Of a DNA stretch of 64,000 bases, positions 15,461 to 27,160 are shown one piece after another (the stretch's first letter is position 1; the number at the start of each line of letters is the position of its first letter). The notes under the pieces were generated by a model that was not told where the DNA came from, made no database searches, and saw only the letters and a program-made list of their open reading frames with translations. The position numbers and the translations under genes were made by a program. Origin of the DNA: Eledone cirrhosa (Eukaryota); the NCBI GenBank assembly GCA_964016885.1, contig OZ024762.1:15748001-15812000 (forward strand), in the 5' to 3' direction.

Positions 15461-15877
15461 TAATGAAATGACAGGAGGCTGAATTTGTGTAAATCCTTGA
15501 AAGGTTTATTATACTATGATCATTTCAATGACCGGGTTCCGTATGAATCCGGTGATATCATCAGGTATTCGAAATATAATACGTGAATGTAATAGATAAA
15601 ATCCATGGGGCTGAAAATCGAGGACCTGAGGGCGACTGCTATCTTGCACCCTCTACCTTAGCCGGTTGCCCTCGAGTATATTGTATATATACTCGAGTAT
15701 ATAGTATAATAAACCTTTCAAGGATTTACACAAATCCAGCCTCCTGTCATTTCATTATAATATTTAACTCCGTAATAGAACCACCAACTACAAAAACAAA
15801 GACGGTTGAACTGCCTTACGTTGAGTACTCTCTATATTATTACATTACGATTGACCATACGGAATAGACCAGCTCTA
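15461..15877. mobile_element. Short PLE-type fold-back insertion with 57-bp inverted arms and a tail
   Basis: Arms 15461-15517 and 15701-15757 differ by one mismatch. It has an internal hammerhead, a tail at 15758-15877, and (TA)n on the left. Confidence 0.8.
15511..15568 (-). ncRNA. Type I hammerhead ribozyme with palindromic stem III
   Basis: Minus strand: ATAC-CTGATGA-TATCACCGGATTC atacg GAACCCGGTCATT-GAAA-TGATCA-TA-GTAT. ATGATCAT is a perfect palindrome, as in dimeric PLE hammerheads. Confidence 0.8.
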
Positions 15878-15929
15878 TACAGTGGTGAACCTCAAACCTG
15901 AGGCCGAAACAAATGAGATCGTGTAGGTG

Positions 15930-16161
15930 TCACGACAAAAAAACACACAGTCCACGCTGTAATGTGGCCGTGTAGGCAACACGGTAAAAACCTCCCAGAC
16001 CCACACTGTAAATGTGGTTGGTGTTAGGAAGGGCATCCAACTGTAGAAAACCTGCCAGACAGTCCTATGCGAGCAAGACAATCACTCTTGCCTCAAGTGG
16101 GACTACCCCCGTCCAAACCCATGCAAGCGTGGAACACGGACGTTAAACGTTGATGATGATG

Positions 16162-16162
<1 letters not shown>
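15930..16162 (+). mobile_element. SINE 3' portion with RTE-like tail and (GAT)n
   Basis: GGTTGGTGTTAGGAAGGGCATCCA core and CCCATGCAAGCGTGGAACACGGACGTTAAAC(GAT)n tail. Confidence 0.8.
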
Positions 16163-16197
<35 letters not shown>

Positions 16198-16284
16198 ATA
16201 TGTATACACACATATATCATCATCATCATCATATATATCATATATACATATATAATATATATATATATGCATATATATATCATC

Positions 16285-16643
16285 ATTTCATCATCATCAT
16301 TTCATTTTACGTCTGCTTTTCCCTGCTTGCAAGGGTGGGACGGGAACTGATTTTGGCTTGATTTCTACAGCTGGATGCCCTTCCTAACACCAACCTCATT
16401 TACAGTGAGTGCTGGGTGCTTTTTTGCCGTGGCACCTCCACGACCACTTTGCAGTGGAATGATAGGGACCCCAGTCCCTATCATCTCATTTCTACAGCTG
16501 AGTAAACTGAAGCAATGTGAAATAAAGTGTCTTGCTCAAGGAAACAACACATCACCCGGTCTGAGAATTGAACTCACAACCTTTCGATTGCAAGTCCAAT
16601 GCTCTAACCTCTAAGCCATGTGCCACCAAGCCATGTGCCTCCA
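16285..16643 (-). mobile_element. Full-length tRNA-derived SINE, family B
   Basis: Near-identical reverse complement of 18518-18860 and 19916-20265. Confidence 0.9.
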
Positions 16644-16667
16644 TCTATATATATATATATATATACG

Positions 16668-16767
16668 TAGGTCCCGGGTTGAGTCGGGGGTAACCACAGT
16701 AAGTAAGGTACTCAATACATGGCAGAGTAAAATTTTTTTATTTTATAGAAGGAGCTCCTTCTATAAA

Positions 16768-16770
<3 letters not shown>
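16668..16770 (-). mobile_element. Minimal fold-back insertion in (TA)n: tail plus a perfect 32-bp palindrome
   Basis: TATTTTATAGAAGGAGCTCCTTCTATAAAATA at 16739-16770. The tail 16668-16730 is homologous to 47078-47144. Confidence 0.8.
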
Positions 16771-16818
<48 letters not shown>

Positions 16819-17657
16819 TATATACATACATATATAAATATATATGTGTATAAGTGTGTGTGAGTGTGTATACACATGAGCATGTATGTGTGTAAAGTGG
16901 GTGTGAGCATATGCAAACACACACACACATCCACACACACACACCTCCACACACACACATCCACACACCTCCACACACACACACACATCCACACACGCGC
17001 ACACATCTTCACACACATCCACACACCTCCACACACACATCCACACATGTGCACACATCTTCACACACACACACGACACACATCCACACACAACCACACA
17101 CATCTACACACACATCCACACACATGTGCACACATCTTCACACACACACACGACACACATCCACACACAACCACACACATCTACACACACATCCACACAT
17201 CCACACACACACACGACACACAACACACACACAACCACACACACACACACAACCACACACATCCATACATACAACACACAACCACACACATCCACACACA
17301 CATCCACATGCACATACACACACAAACACACACACCCACACCCACACACCCACACCTACACATCCACACACACACATCCTCACACACACACCCACACACA
17401 CCCACACATCCACACACACACATCCACACACATCCACACACATTGTATGCTGCATCCATCCAAGTTGGTTTTCTTTCACTGTTTTCTGAGGAACAATAAC
17501 ATATTATGTTTCCTGAGACTTCTAGAACAATAGACTGTGTAAATTATTTCAACATGTATGGCAGGCTGTAGGCATCTCTTTTCAACATGTATGGGAGGCT
17601 GTAGGCATCTCTTTTCATTCTGTGATATCATGTTTTTACTTTGCTTCTCTCTCTCTC

Positions 17658-17705
<48 letters not shown>

Positions 17706-17803
17706 CTTATGTTTCTCTCTCACTCAATCTCTTTCTCTCTCCCCCCCCCCCCTCTCTCTCTCCCCCCTCTCTCTCTCTGTTTTTATATATATATATATCC
17801 TTA

Positions 17804-17930
<127 letters not shown>

Positions 17931-18190
17931 CTCATGTTTCTCTCTCTCTCACTCAATCTCTCTCCTTCTCTGTGTGTTGTCTCTCAGAATATTGAACCAT
18001 CTGTCAAAAGAAAAGAATATCTCCTCACCCAGGTTACCCACACTTACCCATTAATGCCCTTCACTTACTCCACCTTCACACCATCCCACACCACCGACCA
18101 TCCCACACCACCCACCATCATACCATCAACCACCCTATATAGAGAGAGATATTATATATATATATATATATTATATACATGATATTATAT

Positions 18191-18440
18191 CATCATCATC
18201 ATCATCATCATCGTTTAACATCCATCTTCCACACTAGCATGGGTTAGACAGGTTTGTTCCACTTAAGGCGAGATTGGTCGGGTAACCATGTCTCGCTCGT
18301 ACAGAACTCTTTCTGGCAGGTTTTCTATGGCTGGATGCCCTTCCTAACACCAACCACATTTACAGTGTGGACTGGGAGCCTTTTTACCATGTCTCCTACA
18401 CGACCACTCTACAATGTGGACTGGGTGTTCTGTGATACCA
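18191..18440 (-). mobile_element. SINE 3' portion with RTE-like tail
   Basis: Reverse-orientation homolog of 15930-16162. Confidence 0.75.
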
Positions 18441-18517
18441 ACATAACTTTACAGAGAAAGGGTGGTGTGGGAGGATGGAGTTGGGGTGTGGGTTAATATA
18501 TATATAATGATTAAGGT

Positions 18518-18860
18518 GGAGGCACATGGCTTAGTGGTTAGAGCATTGGCCTTGCAATCGAAAGGTTATGAGTTCAATTCTCAGACCGGGTGATGTGTTG
18601 TTTCCTTGAGCAAGACACTTTATTTCACATTGCTCCAGTTTACTCAGCTGTAGAAATGAGATGATAGGGACTGGGGTCCCTATCATTCCACTGCAAAGTG
18701 GTCGTGGAGGTGCCACGGCAAAAAAGCACCCAGCACTCACTGTAAATGAGGTTGGTGTTAGGAAGGGCATCCAGCTGTAGAAATCAAGCCAGAATCAGTT
18801 CCTGTCCCACCCTTGCAAGCAGGGAAAAGCAGACGTAAAATGAAATGATGAAAATGAAGA
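18518..18860 (+). mobile_element. Full-length tRNA-derived SINE, family B
   Basis: A box TGGCTTAGTGG, B box GAGTTCAATTC, internal hairpin ATGATAGGGAC/GTCCCTATCAT, and tail GGAAAAGCAGACGTAAAATGA. Confidence 0.92.
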
Positions 18861-19056
18861 TGAAATGATTAAGGCTTGATTTTATTGTCTGAATTCTATA
18901 TTGAGCTGTTTTTAGAGACAAGACATATGTTTGATTTTGTATCATTCATGACATCCTTTACTTTGAATGTAATATAATAATAATAATAATAATAATTGTT
19001 TTTACTCAGATCATAAAGGGAGGTAACTCTATGCTTCATACCGATACTGCCCTTTA

Positions 19057-19250
19057 TAATATTTGTTTCTACTTTAGGCACAAGGCCAGCAATTACCCAG
19101 TTCATTACTGGTACTTTATTTTATCGACCTCGTAAGGATGAAAGGCAAAGTCAACCTCGGCGGGATTTAAACTCAGATCGTAAAGGGACGTAACTATGCT
19201 GGAGAGCATGGCGTCCGACCCTCTACCGACTCTGCCAATCCACTGCCCTT
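19057..19250 (-). mobile_element. tRNA-derived SINE, family C (Deu/Nin-domain type)
   Basis: Minus strand contains GCCTTTCATCCTTACGAGGTCGATAAAATAAAGTACCAG, resembling the Deu/Nin core. Homologs lie at 27122, 37741 and 57737. Confidence 0.85.
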
Positions 19251-19598
19251 TATAATAATAATTATATATCTGCCACGCGACTTAATAGAAATCTATAAAT
19301 ATATATATTTAGAATAAGTAATTTTCAAATGCTAAAACGGATAATGGTACTTGAAGAAGTTATTATAGCTCAAAATATTAGATTTACTACAGTAAACTAC
19401 TTGACTGTCAACTACGCGTTTCTTATATGCTTTATCAATTCTGATGAATCCAATTATTGGATTATATAATTGATTAACTAATAATTAAATATATATCCAG
19501 TGAGATGAAAGAAACATGCATTAATTAAAATATGATATAATTAACAGTATTTGGTGTTAATTTTAAGGTATATATGTGTATATATATATATATATATA

Positions 19599-19857
19599 GT
19601 GAAGGCATGTGGCTGAGTGGTTAGATAATTGGATTCACAATCATGAGGTTGTCAGCTCAATTCCCAGGCCAGACGATGTGTTATGTCCTTGAGCAAGGCA
19701 CTTTATTTCACATTGCTCCTTCTACCTGGAGTTGCGACCGATAGATAGTATTAGCAATTGGAAAGACCAATGGAAACATTGTTTCCTCGGTCCAATTTGG
19801 CGAGCTCCACCCCACTTGTTAAGTGAATCAAGTCTGGGATCTTGTTGATCGACTGTC
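19599..19857 (+). mobile_element. tRNA-derived SINE, family A, in (TA)n
   Basis: Head GTGAAGGCATGTGGCTGAGTGG; homologous to 11572-11785. Confidence 0.85.
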
Positions 19858-19915
19858 AATATATATATTCATATATATATATATAGTAATAATAATAAAT
19901 TTGATATATATATAT

Positions 19916-20265
19916 GGAGGCACATGGCTTAGTGGTTAGAGCATTGGCCTTGCAATCAAAAGGTTGTGAGTTCAATTCTCAGACCGGGTGATGTGTTGTT
20001 TCCTTGAGCAAGACACTTTATTTCACATTGCTCCAGTTTACTCAGCTGTAGAAATGAGATGATAGGGACTGGGGTCCCTATCATTCCACTGCAAAGTGGT
20101 CGTGGAGGTGCCACGGCAAAAAAGCACGCAGCACTCACTGTAAATGAGGTTGGTGTTAGGAAGGGCATCCAGCTGTAGAAATCAAGCCAAAATCAGTTCC
20201 CGTCCCACCCTTGCAAGCAGGGAAAAAGCGGACGTAAAATGAAATGATGATGATGATGATGATGA
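19916..20265 (+). mobile_element. Full-length tRNA-derived SINE, family B, in (TA)n
   Basis: Near-identical to 18518-18860, with a (GAT)n tail. Confidence 0.92.
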
Positions 20266-20765
20266 TATATTCATATATATATATAGTGAAAAAAAAAAAA
20301 TATATATATATAGATATACATATTTTCTCACTTTAACACATTTATTTATAATTCACACATTATATTATAAATACTTCCAAAATATATAATTAAATAATAA
20401 AATAAATAAAAATAAATATAATTATTTCATTCTTTCTACACCCTCACAAACATATTCAGGACAATTATATACGTACATTCCTATAAATATTCTTTTAATA
20501 ACTTTAATATATTTTTTCTTAAAATCTTTCCTTAAATTTTCTTCCCTCCTAATAATAACCTCTATTTCCTTTTCTTATAAAAAAAAATAATCCTAATAAT
20601 TATTTAAATTTACCTAGCGTCTAAACGTAACGATCTTTTTCAGTTTTAACGTTACCCTCATTAGCATATTCATCTTATGATTTGAAGTTCTTCTTCACTA
20701 TTCAAATAGAACTCACAACATTGAGTTCTTATCTGAATATGTCACTACCTGTAAACCAACTTTTG

Positions 20766-20826
20766 TATTTTATCTGATGAGAACGTACTAAAGTTTTGGT
20801 ACCCTTGAAATATATATAATAAAATA
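20766..20826 (+). ncRNA. Type I hammerhead ribozyme in a solo PLE pLTR fragment
   Basis: TATTTTAT-CTGATGA-GA..GTACTAA/TTGGTAC..TT-GAAA-TATATA-TA-ATAAAATA. Stem I is a perfect 8 bp and stem III is palindromic. Downstream ATAAATATGGTTTTAT..ATAGTTTCCATTT matches the 14903-15155 pLTR. Confidence 0.8.
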
Positions 20827-21499
20827 AATATGGTTTTATGAAGATAGTTTCCATTTATTAATATTATTGAATATAAGTATGTATACGTACATACATATAT
20901 GTATACAGACGTACAGTAGTATGTATATATATACATACATGCGCACATATATATATGTATGTATGGGTTTACCGAACGTTTATGATAATGCTCGGTTTGT
21001 TTGTAAACAAACAGCCCGAATTATTAACTGTACAGTGTTTGGGCAACCATTGTTACCATTTTGTTCAACACTGACAAAGGAATGATGAACTAGTTTCTAG
21101 CTTATTATATTATTGATATATATATATATATGATATATATATATTATTATATTATAGATTTTTATATAGATAGATATATATATATCTGAATTCATAGAAA
21201 AATGAGAAAACTCAAGTTGTTGATGAGATTTGACTGTGTGGAGTGTGAGTGTGATGTGTGTGGAGTGTGATGGAGTTAGGAAGCTGAGTCACTCTTACTT
21301 GTTCCATTTGACTGCAACATAAGAAAGAGGGGGAGGGAGAAAGAGAGGGAGATGATTAGTGAACCAACAGACTTCAGACAAGAGAGAGAGAGAGAGACAA
21401 CAAACACCAGTTTATTGTTATTAATCATATGACATGTGACACCAGCTTGGTAGTGACAACAATGACAACAACAACAGTAACAACAACTAAAAAACAACA

Positions 21500-21665
21500 A
21501 GAACAAAGTAGAGGCTGTGTTGTTCATAAAAAATATAACAAAAGGGTTAAAGTGTTTATATTTCGTTACAAACCTTCCTTCTATCATAATTTTATATAAG
21601 AACCTTTGTTAAGTTATGTTCCAAACACCAGATCAATACTAAGAGAGTTAGTTATATTAGTATAA
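21500..21665. mobile_element. MITE fragment (piggyBac-like end AAAGGGTTAA)
   Basis: Reverse-orientation homolog at ~41980-42100 (GAACCTTTGTTAAGTTATGTTCCAAACACCAG). Confidence 0.5.
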
Positions 21666-21842
21666 TATGGTCCCTATAACTACTTATGGAGTGGTAGTGG
21701 TGCCATAGTGACATACCGTGTTTCTTGGACATTTTAAAACTTGTCAGAGCTCATCTCCTCTCCTCAGATTTGAACACAACAGATTTCTGTGGTAACATTG
21801 TGAGTTTGGTGTGGCTGACTGGCCTGTCCCTCCTCATAGCAG

Positions 21843-24800
21843 TGCCATCGAGTACTGAGTCCCAAAACTATGGTTATGTTGTGAGATGGGTTAGACTTCT
21901 TGTATTGGTGCCATCCAGTACTGAGTCCCAAAACTATGGTTATGTTGTGAGATGGGTTAGACTTCTTGTATTGGTGCCATCCAGTACTGAGTCCCAAAAC
22001 TATGGTTATGTTGTGAGATGGGTTAGACTCCTTGTATCGGTGCCATCCAGTACTGAGTCCCAAAACTATGGTTATGTTGTGAGATGGGTTATACTCCTTG
22101 TATCGGTGCCATCCTGTACTGAGTCCCAAAGCTATGGTTATGTTGTGAGATGGGTTAGACTTCTTGTATTGGTGCCATCCAGTACTGAGTCCCAAAACTA
22201 TGGTTATGTTGTGAGATGGGTTATACTCCTTGTATCGGTGCCATCCTGTACTGAGTCCCAAAGCTATGGTTATGTTGTGAGATGGGTTAGACTTCTTGTA
22301 TCGGTGCCATCCAGTACTGAGTCCCAAAACTATGGCTATGTTGTGAGATGGGTTAGACTTCTTGTATTGGTGCCATCCAGTACTGAGTCCCAAAACTATG
22401 GTTATGTTGTGAGATGGGTTATACTCCTTGTATCGGTGCCATCCTGTACTGAGTCCCAAAACTATGGTTCTGTTGTGAGATGGGTTAGACTTCTTGTATC
22501 GGTGCCATCCTGTACTGAGTCCCAAAACTATGGCTATGTTGTGAGATGGGTTAGACTCCTTGTATTGGTGCCATCCAGTACTGAGTCCCAAAACTATGGT
22601 TATGTTGTGAGATGGGTTAGACTTCTTGTATCGGTGCCATCCTGTACTGAGTCCCAAAACTATGGTTATGTTGTGAGATGGGTTAGACTTCTTGTATCGG
22701 TGCCATCCAGTACTGAGTCCCAAAACTATGGCTATGTTGTGAGATGGGTTAGACTCCTTGTATTGGTGCCATCCAGTACTGAGTCCCAAAACTATGGTTA
22801 TGTTGTGAGATGGGTTAGACTTCTTGTATCGGTGCCATCCAGTACTGAGTCCCAAAACTATGGCTATGTTGTGAGATGGGTTAGACTTCTTGTATTGGTG
22901 CCATCCAGTACTGAGTCCCAAAACTATGGTTATGTTGTGAGATGGGTTAGACTTCTTGTATCGGTGCCATCCAGTACTGAGTCCCAAAACTATGGCTATG
23001 TTGTGAGATGGGTTAGACTTCTTGTATCGGTGCCATCCAGTACTGAGTCCCAAAACTATGGCTATGTTGTGAGATGGGTTAGACTTCTTGTATCGGTGCC
23101 ATCCTGTACTGAGTCCCAAAACTATGGTTATGTTGTGAGATGGGTTAGACTTCTTGTATCGGTGCCATCCAGTACTGAGTCCCAAAACTATGGTTATGTT
23201 GTGAGATGGGTTAGACTTCTTGTATCGGTGCCATCCAGTACTGAGTCCCAAAACTATGGCTATGTTGTGAGATGGGTTAGACTTCTTGTATTGGTGCCAT
23301 CCAGTACTGAGTCCCAAAACTATGGTTATGTTGTGAGATGGGTTAGACTTCTTGTATTGGTGCCATCCAGTACTGAGTCCCAAAACTATGGCTATGCTGT
23401 GAGATGGGTTAGACTTCTTGTATCGGTGCCATCCAGTACTGAGTCCCAAAACTATGGCTATGCTGTGAGATGGGTTAGACTTCTTGTATCGGTGCCATCC
23501 AGTACTGAGTCCCAAAACTATGGCTATGCTGTGAGATGGGTTAGACTTCTTGTATCGGTGCCATCCAGTACTGAGTCCCAAAACTATGGCTATGCTGTGA
23601 GATGGGTTAGACTTCTTGTATCGGTGCCATCCAGTACTGAGTCCCAAAACTATGGTTATGTTGTGAGATGGGTTAGACTCCTTGTATCGGTGCCATCCAG
23701 TACTGAGTCCCAAAACTATGGTTATGTTGTGAGATGGGTTAGACTCCTTGTATCGGTGCCATCCAGTACTGAGTCCCAAAACTATGGCTATGCTGTGAGA
23801 TGGGTTAGACTTCTTGTATCAGTGCCATCCAGTACTGAGTCCCAAAACTATGGCTATGCTGTGAGATGGGTTAGACTTCTTGTATCAGTGCCATCCAGTA
23901 CTGAGTCCCAAAACTATGGCTATGCTGTGAGATGGGTTAGACTTCTTGTATCGGTGCCATCCAGTACTGAGTCCCAAAACTATGGCTATGCTGTGAGATG
24001 GGTTAGACTTCTTGTATTGGTGCCATCCAGTACTGAGTCCCAAAACTATGGCTATGCTGTGAGATGGGTTAGACTTCTTGTATTGGTGCCATCCAGTACT
24101 GAGTCCCAAAACTATGGCTATGCTGTGAGATGGGTTAGACTTCTTGTATCGGTGCCATCCAGTACTGAGTCCCAAAACTATGGCTATGCTGTGAGATGGG
24201 TTAGACTTCTTGTATCAGTGCCATCCAGTACTGAGTCCCAAAACTATGGCTATGCTGTGAGATGGGTTAGACTTCTTGTATTGGTGCCATCCAGTACTGA
24301 GTCCCAAAACTATGGCTATGCTGTGAGATGGGTTAGACTTCTTGTATCGGTGCCATCCAGTACTGAGTCCCAAAACTATGGCTATGCTGTGAGATGGGTT
24401 AGACTTCTTGTATCGGTGCCATCCAGTACTGAGTCCCAAAACTATGGCTATGCTGTGAGATGGGTTAGACTTCTTGTATTGGTGCCATCCAGTACTGAGT
24501 CCCAAAACTATGGCTATGCTGTGAGATGGGTTAGACTTCTTGTATTGGTGCCATCCAGTACTGAGTCCCAAAACTATGGCTATGCTGTGAGATGGGTTAG
24601 ACTTCTTGTATCGGTGCCATCCAGTACTGAGTCCCAAAACTATGGCTATGCTGTGAGATGGGTTAGACTTCTTGTATCGGTGCCATCCAGTACTGAGTCC
24701 CAAAACTATGGCTATGCTGTGAGATGGGTTAGACTTCTTGTATCGGTGCCATCCAGTACTGAGTCCCAAAACTATGGCTATGCTGTGAGATGGGTTAGAC

Positions 24801-25520
24801 TTCTTGTATCGGTGCCATCCAGTACTGAGTCCCAAAACTATGGCTATGCTGTGAGATGGGTTAGACTTCTTGTATCGGTGCCATCCTGTACTGAGTCCCA
24901 AAACTATGGCTATGTTGTGAGATGGGTTAGACTTCTTGTATCGGTGCCATCCTGTACTGAGTCCCAAAACTATGGCTATGTTGTGAGATGGGTTAGACTT
25001 CTTGTATCGGTGCCATCCTGTACTGAGTCCCAAAACTATGGCTATGTTGTGAGATGGGTTAGACTTCTTGTATCGGTGCCATCCAGTACTGAGTCCCAAA
25101 ACTATGGTTATGTTGTGAGATGGGTTAGACTTCTTGTATTGGTGCCATCCTGTAGTGAGTCCCAAAACTATGGTTATGTTGTGAGATGGGTTAGACTTCT
25201 TGTATTGGTGCCATCCAGTACTGAGTCCCAAAACTATGGTTATGTTGTGAGATGGGTTAGACTTCTTGTATTGGTGCCATCCAGTACTGAGTCCCAAAAC
25301 TATGGTTATGTTGTGAGATGGGTTAGACTTCTTGTATTGGTGCCATCCAGTACTGAGTCCCAAAACTATGGTTATGTTGTGAGATGGGTTAGACTTCTTG
25401 TATTGGTGCCATCCAGTACTGAGTCCTAAAACTATGGTTATGTTGTGAGATGGGTTAGACTTCTTGTATCGGTGCCATCCAGTACTGAGTCCCAAAACTA
25501 TGGTTCCATTGTGAGATGGG
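21843..25520. repeat. 66-bp minisatellite, ~55 highly homogeneous copies
   Basis: Unit GTGCCATCCWGTACTGAGTCCCAAAACTATGGYTATGYTGTGAGATGGGTTAGACTYCTTGTATYG. It is the source of the 1234-aa and 671-aa ORFs. Confidence 0.97.
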
Positions 25521-25666
25521 TTTGGCATGACCAAATTTACAGTCCTCGCCCGAGCATGGTGTGACGTGGTCAACTCTGGGCAGACTTGCCTCCCAGCGTG
25601 GACGACCCGTCTAACCCATGCAAACATAGAAAAATGGACGCTAAACGGTGGTGGTGATGATGATGA
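25521..25666 (+). mobile_element. RTE-like 3' end abutting the 66-bp array
   Basis: ACCCGTCTAACCCATGCAAACATAGAAAAATGGACGCTAAAC followed by (GGT)(GAT)n; same tail type as the SINEs at ~16110 and ~38320. Confidence 0.65.
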
Positions 25667-25713
25667 AGGATAGAAAGTGAGGGAATGGAAGTAAGAAAAA
25701 GATATAGAGGAAG

Positions 25714-25875
25714 AGTCGACCTCAGTACTTGACTGGTACTTTGTTGTTTTACCGAGCTCAAAAGGATGAAAGGCAAAGTTAACCTCGATGGGGTTTGAAC
25801 GAGAGAGGGCAGAGAGCTGGAACAAATACTGCGAAGCATTCTACCTGACTTTCTAATAACTCGGACAATTCACTG
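25714..25875 (-). mobile_element. Degenerate SINE, family C
   Basis: CTGGTACTTT..AAGGATGAAAGGCAAAGTTAACCTCG..TTTGAAC. Confidence 0.7.
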
Positions 25876-25955
25876 AATTAGAAAATCTCTCAAAATTATT
25901 TGAAATTATTAGGAAAATTTTCACAGAGTGTTTTATTTGAAATATACTAAGGAAT

Positions 25956-26360
25956 ATAAGTATGTACACGTACATACATATATGTATACAGACGTACAGT
26001 AGTATGTATATATATATACATACATGCACACATATATATATGTACGTATGAATTCACCAGTGAATCCATACGTATGAATTCACCGGTGAATCCATACGTA
26101 CATATATATATGTGTGCATGTATGTATATATATATCATCACATCATCACTCGTCGACTACTGTCGAGATGATGGATCTCACTCTCATGCCCCAGAATTCC
26201 CTGTCCCCCATCACTGCCCCCAGGTCCTGTCTACTGATTCCCGTATCCCTAGAGATAACGTCAGGGAATGACAGCTTCCTACTCCTACGTGTACATACAT
26301 ATATTTAAGTAACAGCCGTACTAAGAGTGGGAAATGAAATTTCGTTTCATTTTTTCCGTT
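25956..26360. mobile_element. Fold-back insertion flanked by a direct repeat TATACTAAGGAAT (likely target-site duplication)
   Basis: Inverted arms surround ~26050-26095 with a 26-bp central duplication. The direct repeat is at 25943-25955 and 26361-26373. A homolog of the left arm is at 20869-20970. Confidence 0.7.
26138..26287 (-). mobile_element. RTE-clade LINE ORF2 C-terminus with (TGA)n tail, nested in the fold-back
   Basis: Minus strand translates RSRKLSFPDVISRDTGISRQDLGAVMGDREFWGMRVRSIISTVVDE*, with the D..RD....L...M.DR..W motif of RTE ends. Confidence 0.75.
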
Positions 26361-26409
26361 TATACTAAGGAATGTTGTGAACAAAATGAAATGATGACTT
26401 CCATGATTG

Positions 26410-27160
26410 AATCGGTAGAGCGTCGGACACCCTGTGTCTTAGCATATAGGGCGGTGGAGGGCCAGAATCGGTAGAGTGTCGGACACCATGTGTCTTAGCA
26501 TATAGGGCGGTGGAGGGCCAGAATCGGTAGAGTGTCGGACACCATGTGTCTTAGCATATAGGGCGGTGGAGGGGCAGAATCGGTAGAGTGTCGGACACCA
26601 TGTGTCTTAGCATATAGGGCGGTGGAGGGCCAGAATCGGTAGAGTGTCGGACACCATGTGTCTTAGCATATAGGGCGGTGGAGGGGCAGAATCGGTAGAG
26701 CGTTGGTGACCATGTGTCTTAGCATATAGGGCGGTGGAGGGCCAGAATCGGTAGAGTGTCGGACACCCTGTGTCTTAGCATATAGGGCGGTGGAGGGCCA
26801 GAATCGGTAGAGCGTCGGTGACCATGTGTCTTAGCATATAGGGCGGTTGAGGGCCAGAATCGGTAGAGCGTCGGTGACCATGTGTCTTAGCATATAGGGC
26901 GGTGGAGGGCCAGAATCGGTAGAGCGTCGGTGATTATGTGTCTTAGCATATAGGGCGGTGGAGGGCCAGAATCGGTAGAGCGTCGGTGACCATGTGTCTT
27001 AGCATATAGGGCGGTGGAGGGCCAGAATCGGTAGAGCGTCGGTGATTATGTGTCTTACCATATAGGGCGGTGGAGGGCCAGAATCGGTAGAGTGTCGGAC
27101 ACCATGTGTCTTACCATATACGGCGGTGGAGGGGCAGAATCGGTAGAGCGTCGGACAACA
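26410..27160 (+). repeat. 56-bp minisatellite (~13 copies) made from the 5' head of SINE family C
   Basis: GAATCGGTAGAG at 26465, 26521, ...; the last unit runs directly into a full SINE body. Confidence 0.93.

Noticed and set aside
17988-18032. 45-nt plus-strand exon after the (TC)n tract
   Set aside because: The donor GTTACC is weak and the pyrimidine tract is just microsatellite.
18518-18590. tRNA genes at the SINE heads
   Set aside because: A and B boxes are present, but I could not fold a full cloverleaf and each head continues into a SINE body and tail.
20980-21085. Fox/Sox motif cluster as an enhancer
   Set aside because: It directly continues a dispersed-repeat arm (20869-20970) and may be part of that element.
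21725-25429. 1234-aa ORF (and antisense 671/536-aa ORFs) as a protein-coding gene
   Set aside because: It is a pure translation of a 66-bp tandem unit. It has a non-ATG start, no unique domain or splice context, and its stop falls within the array.
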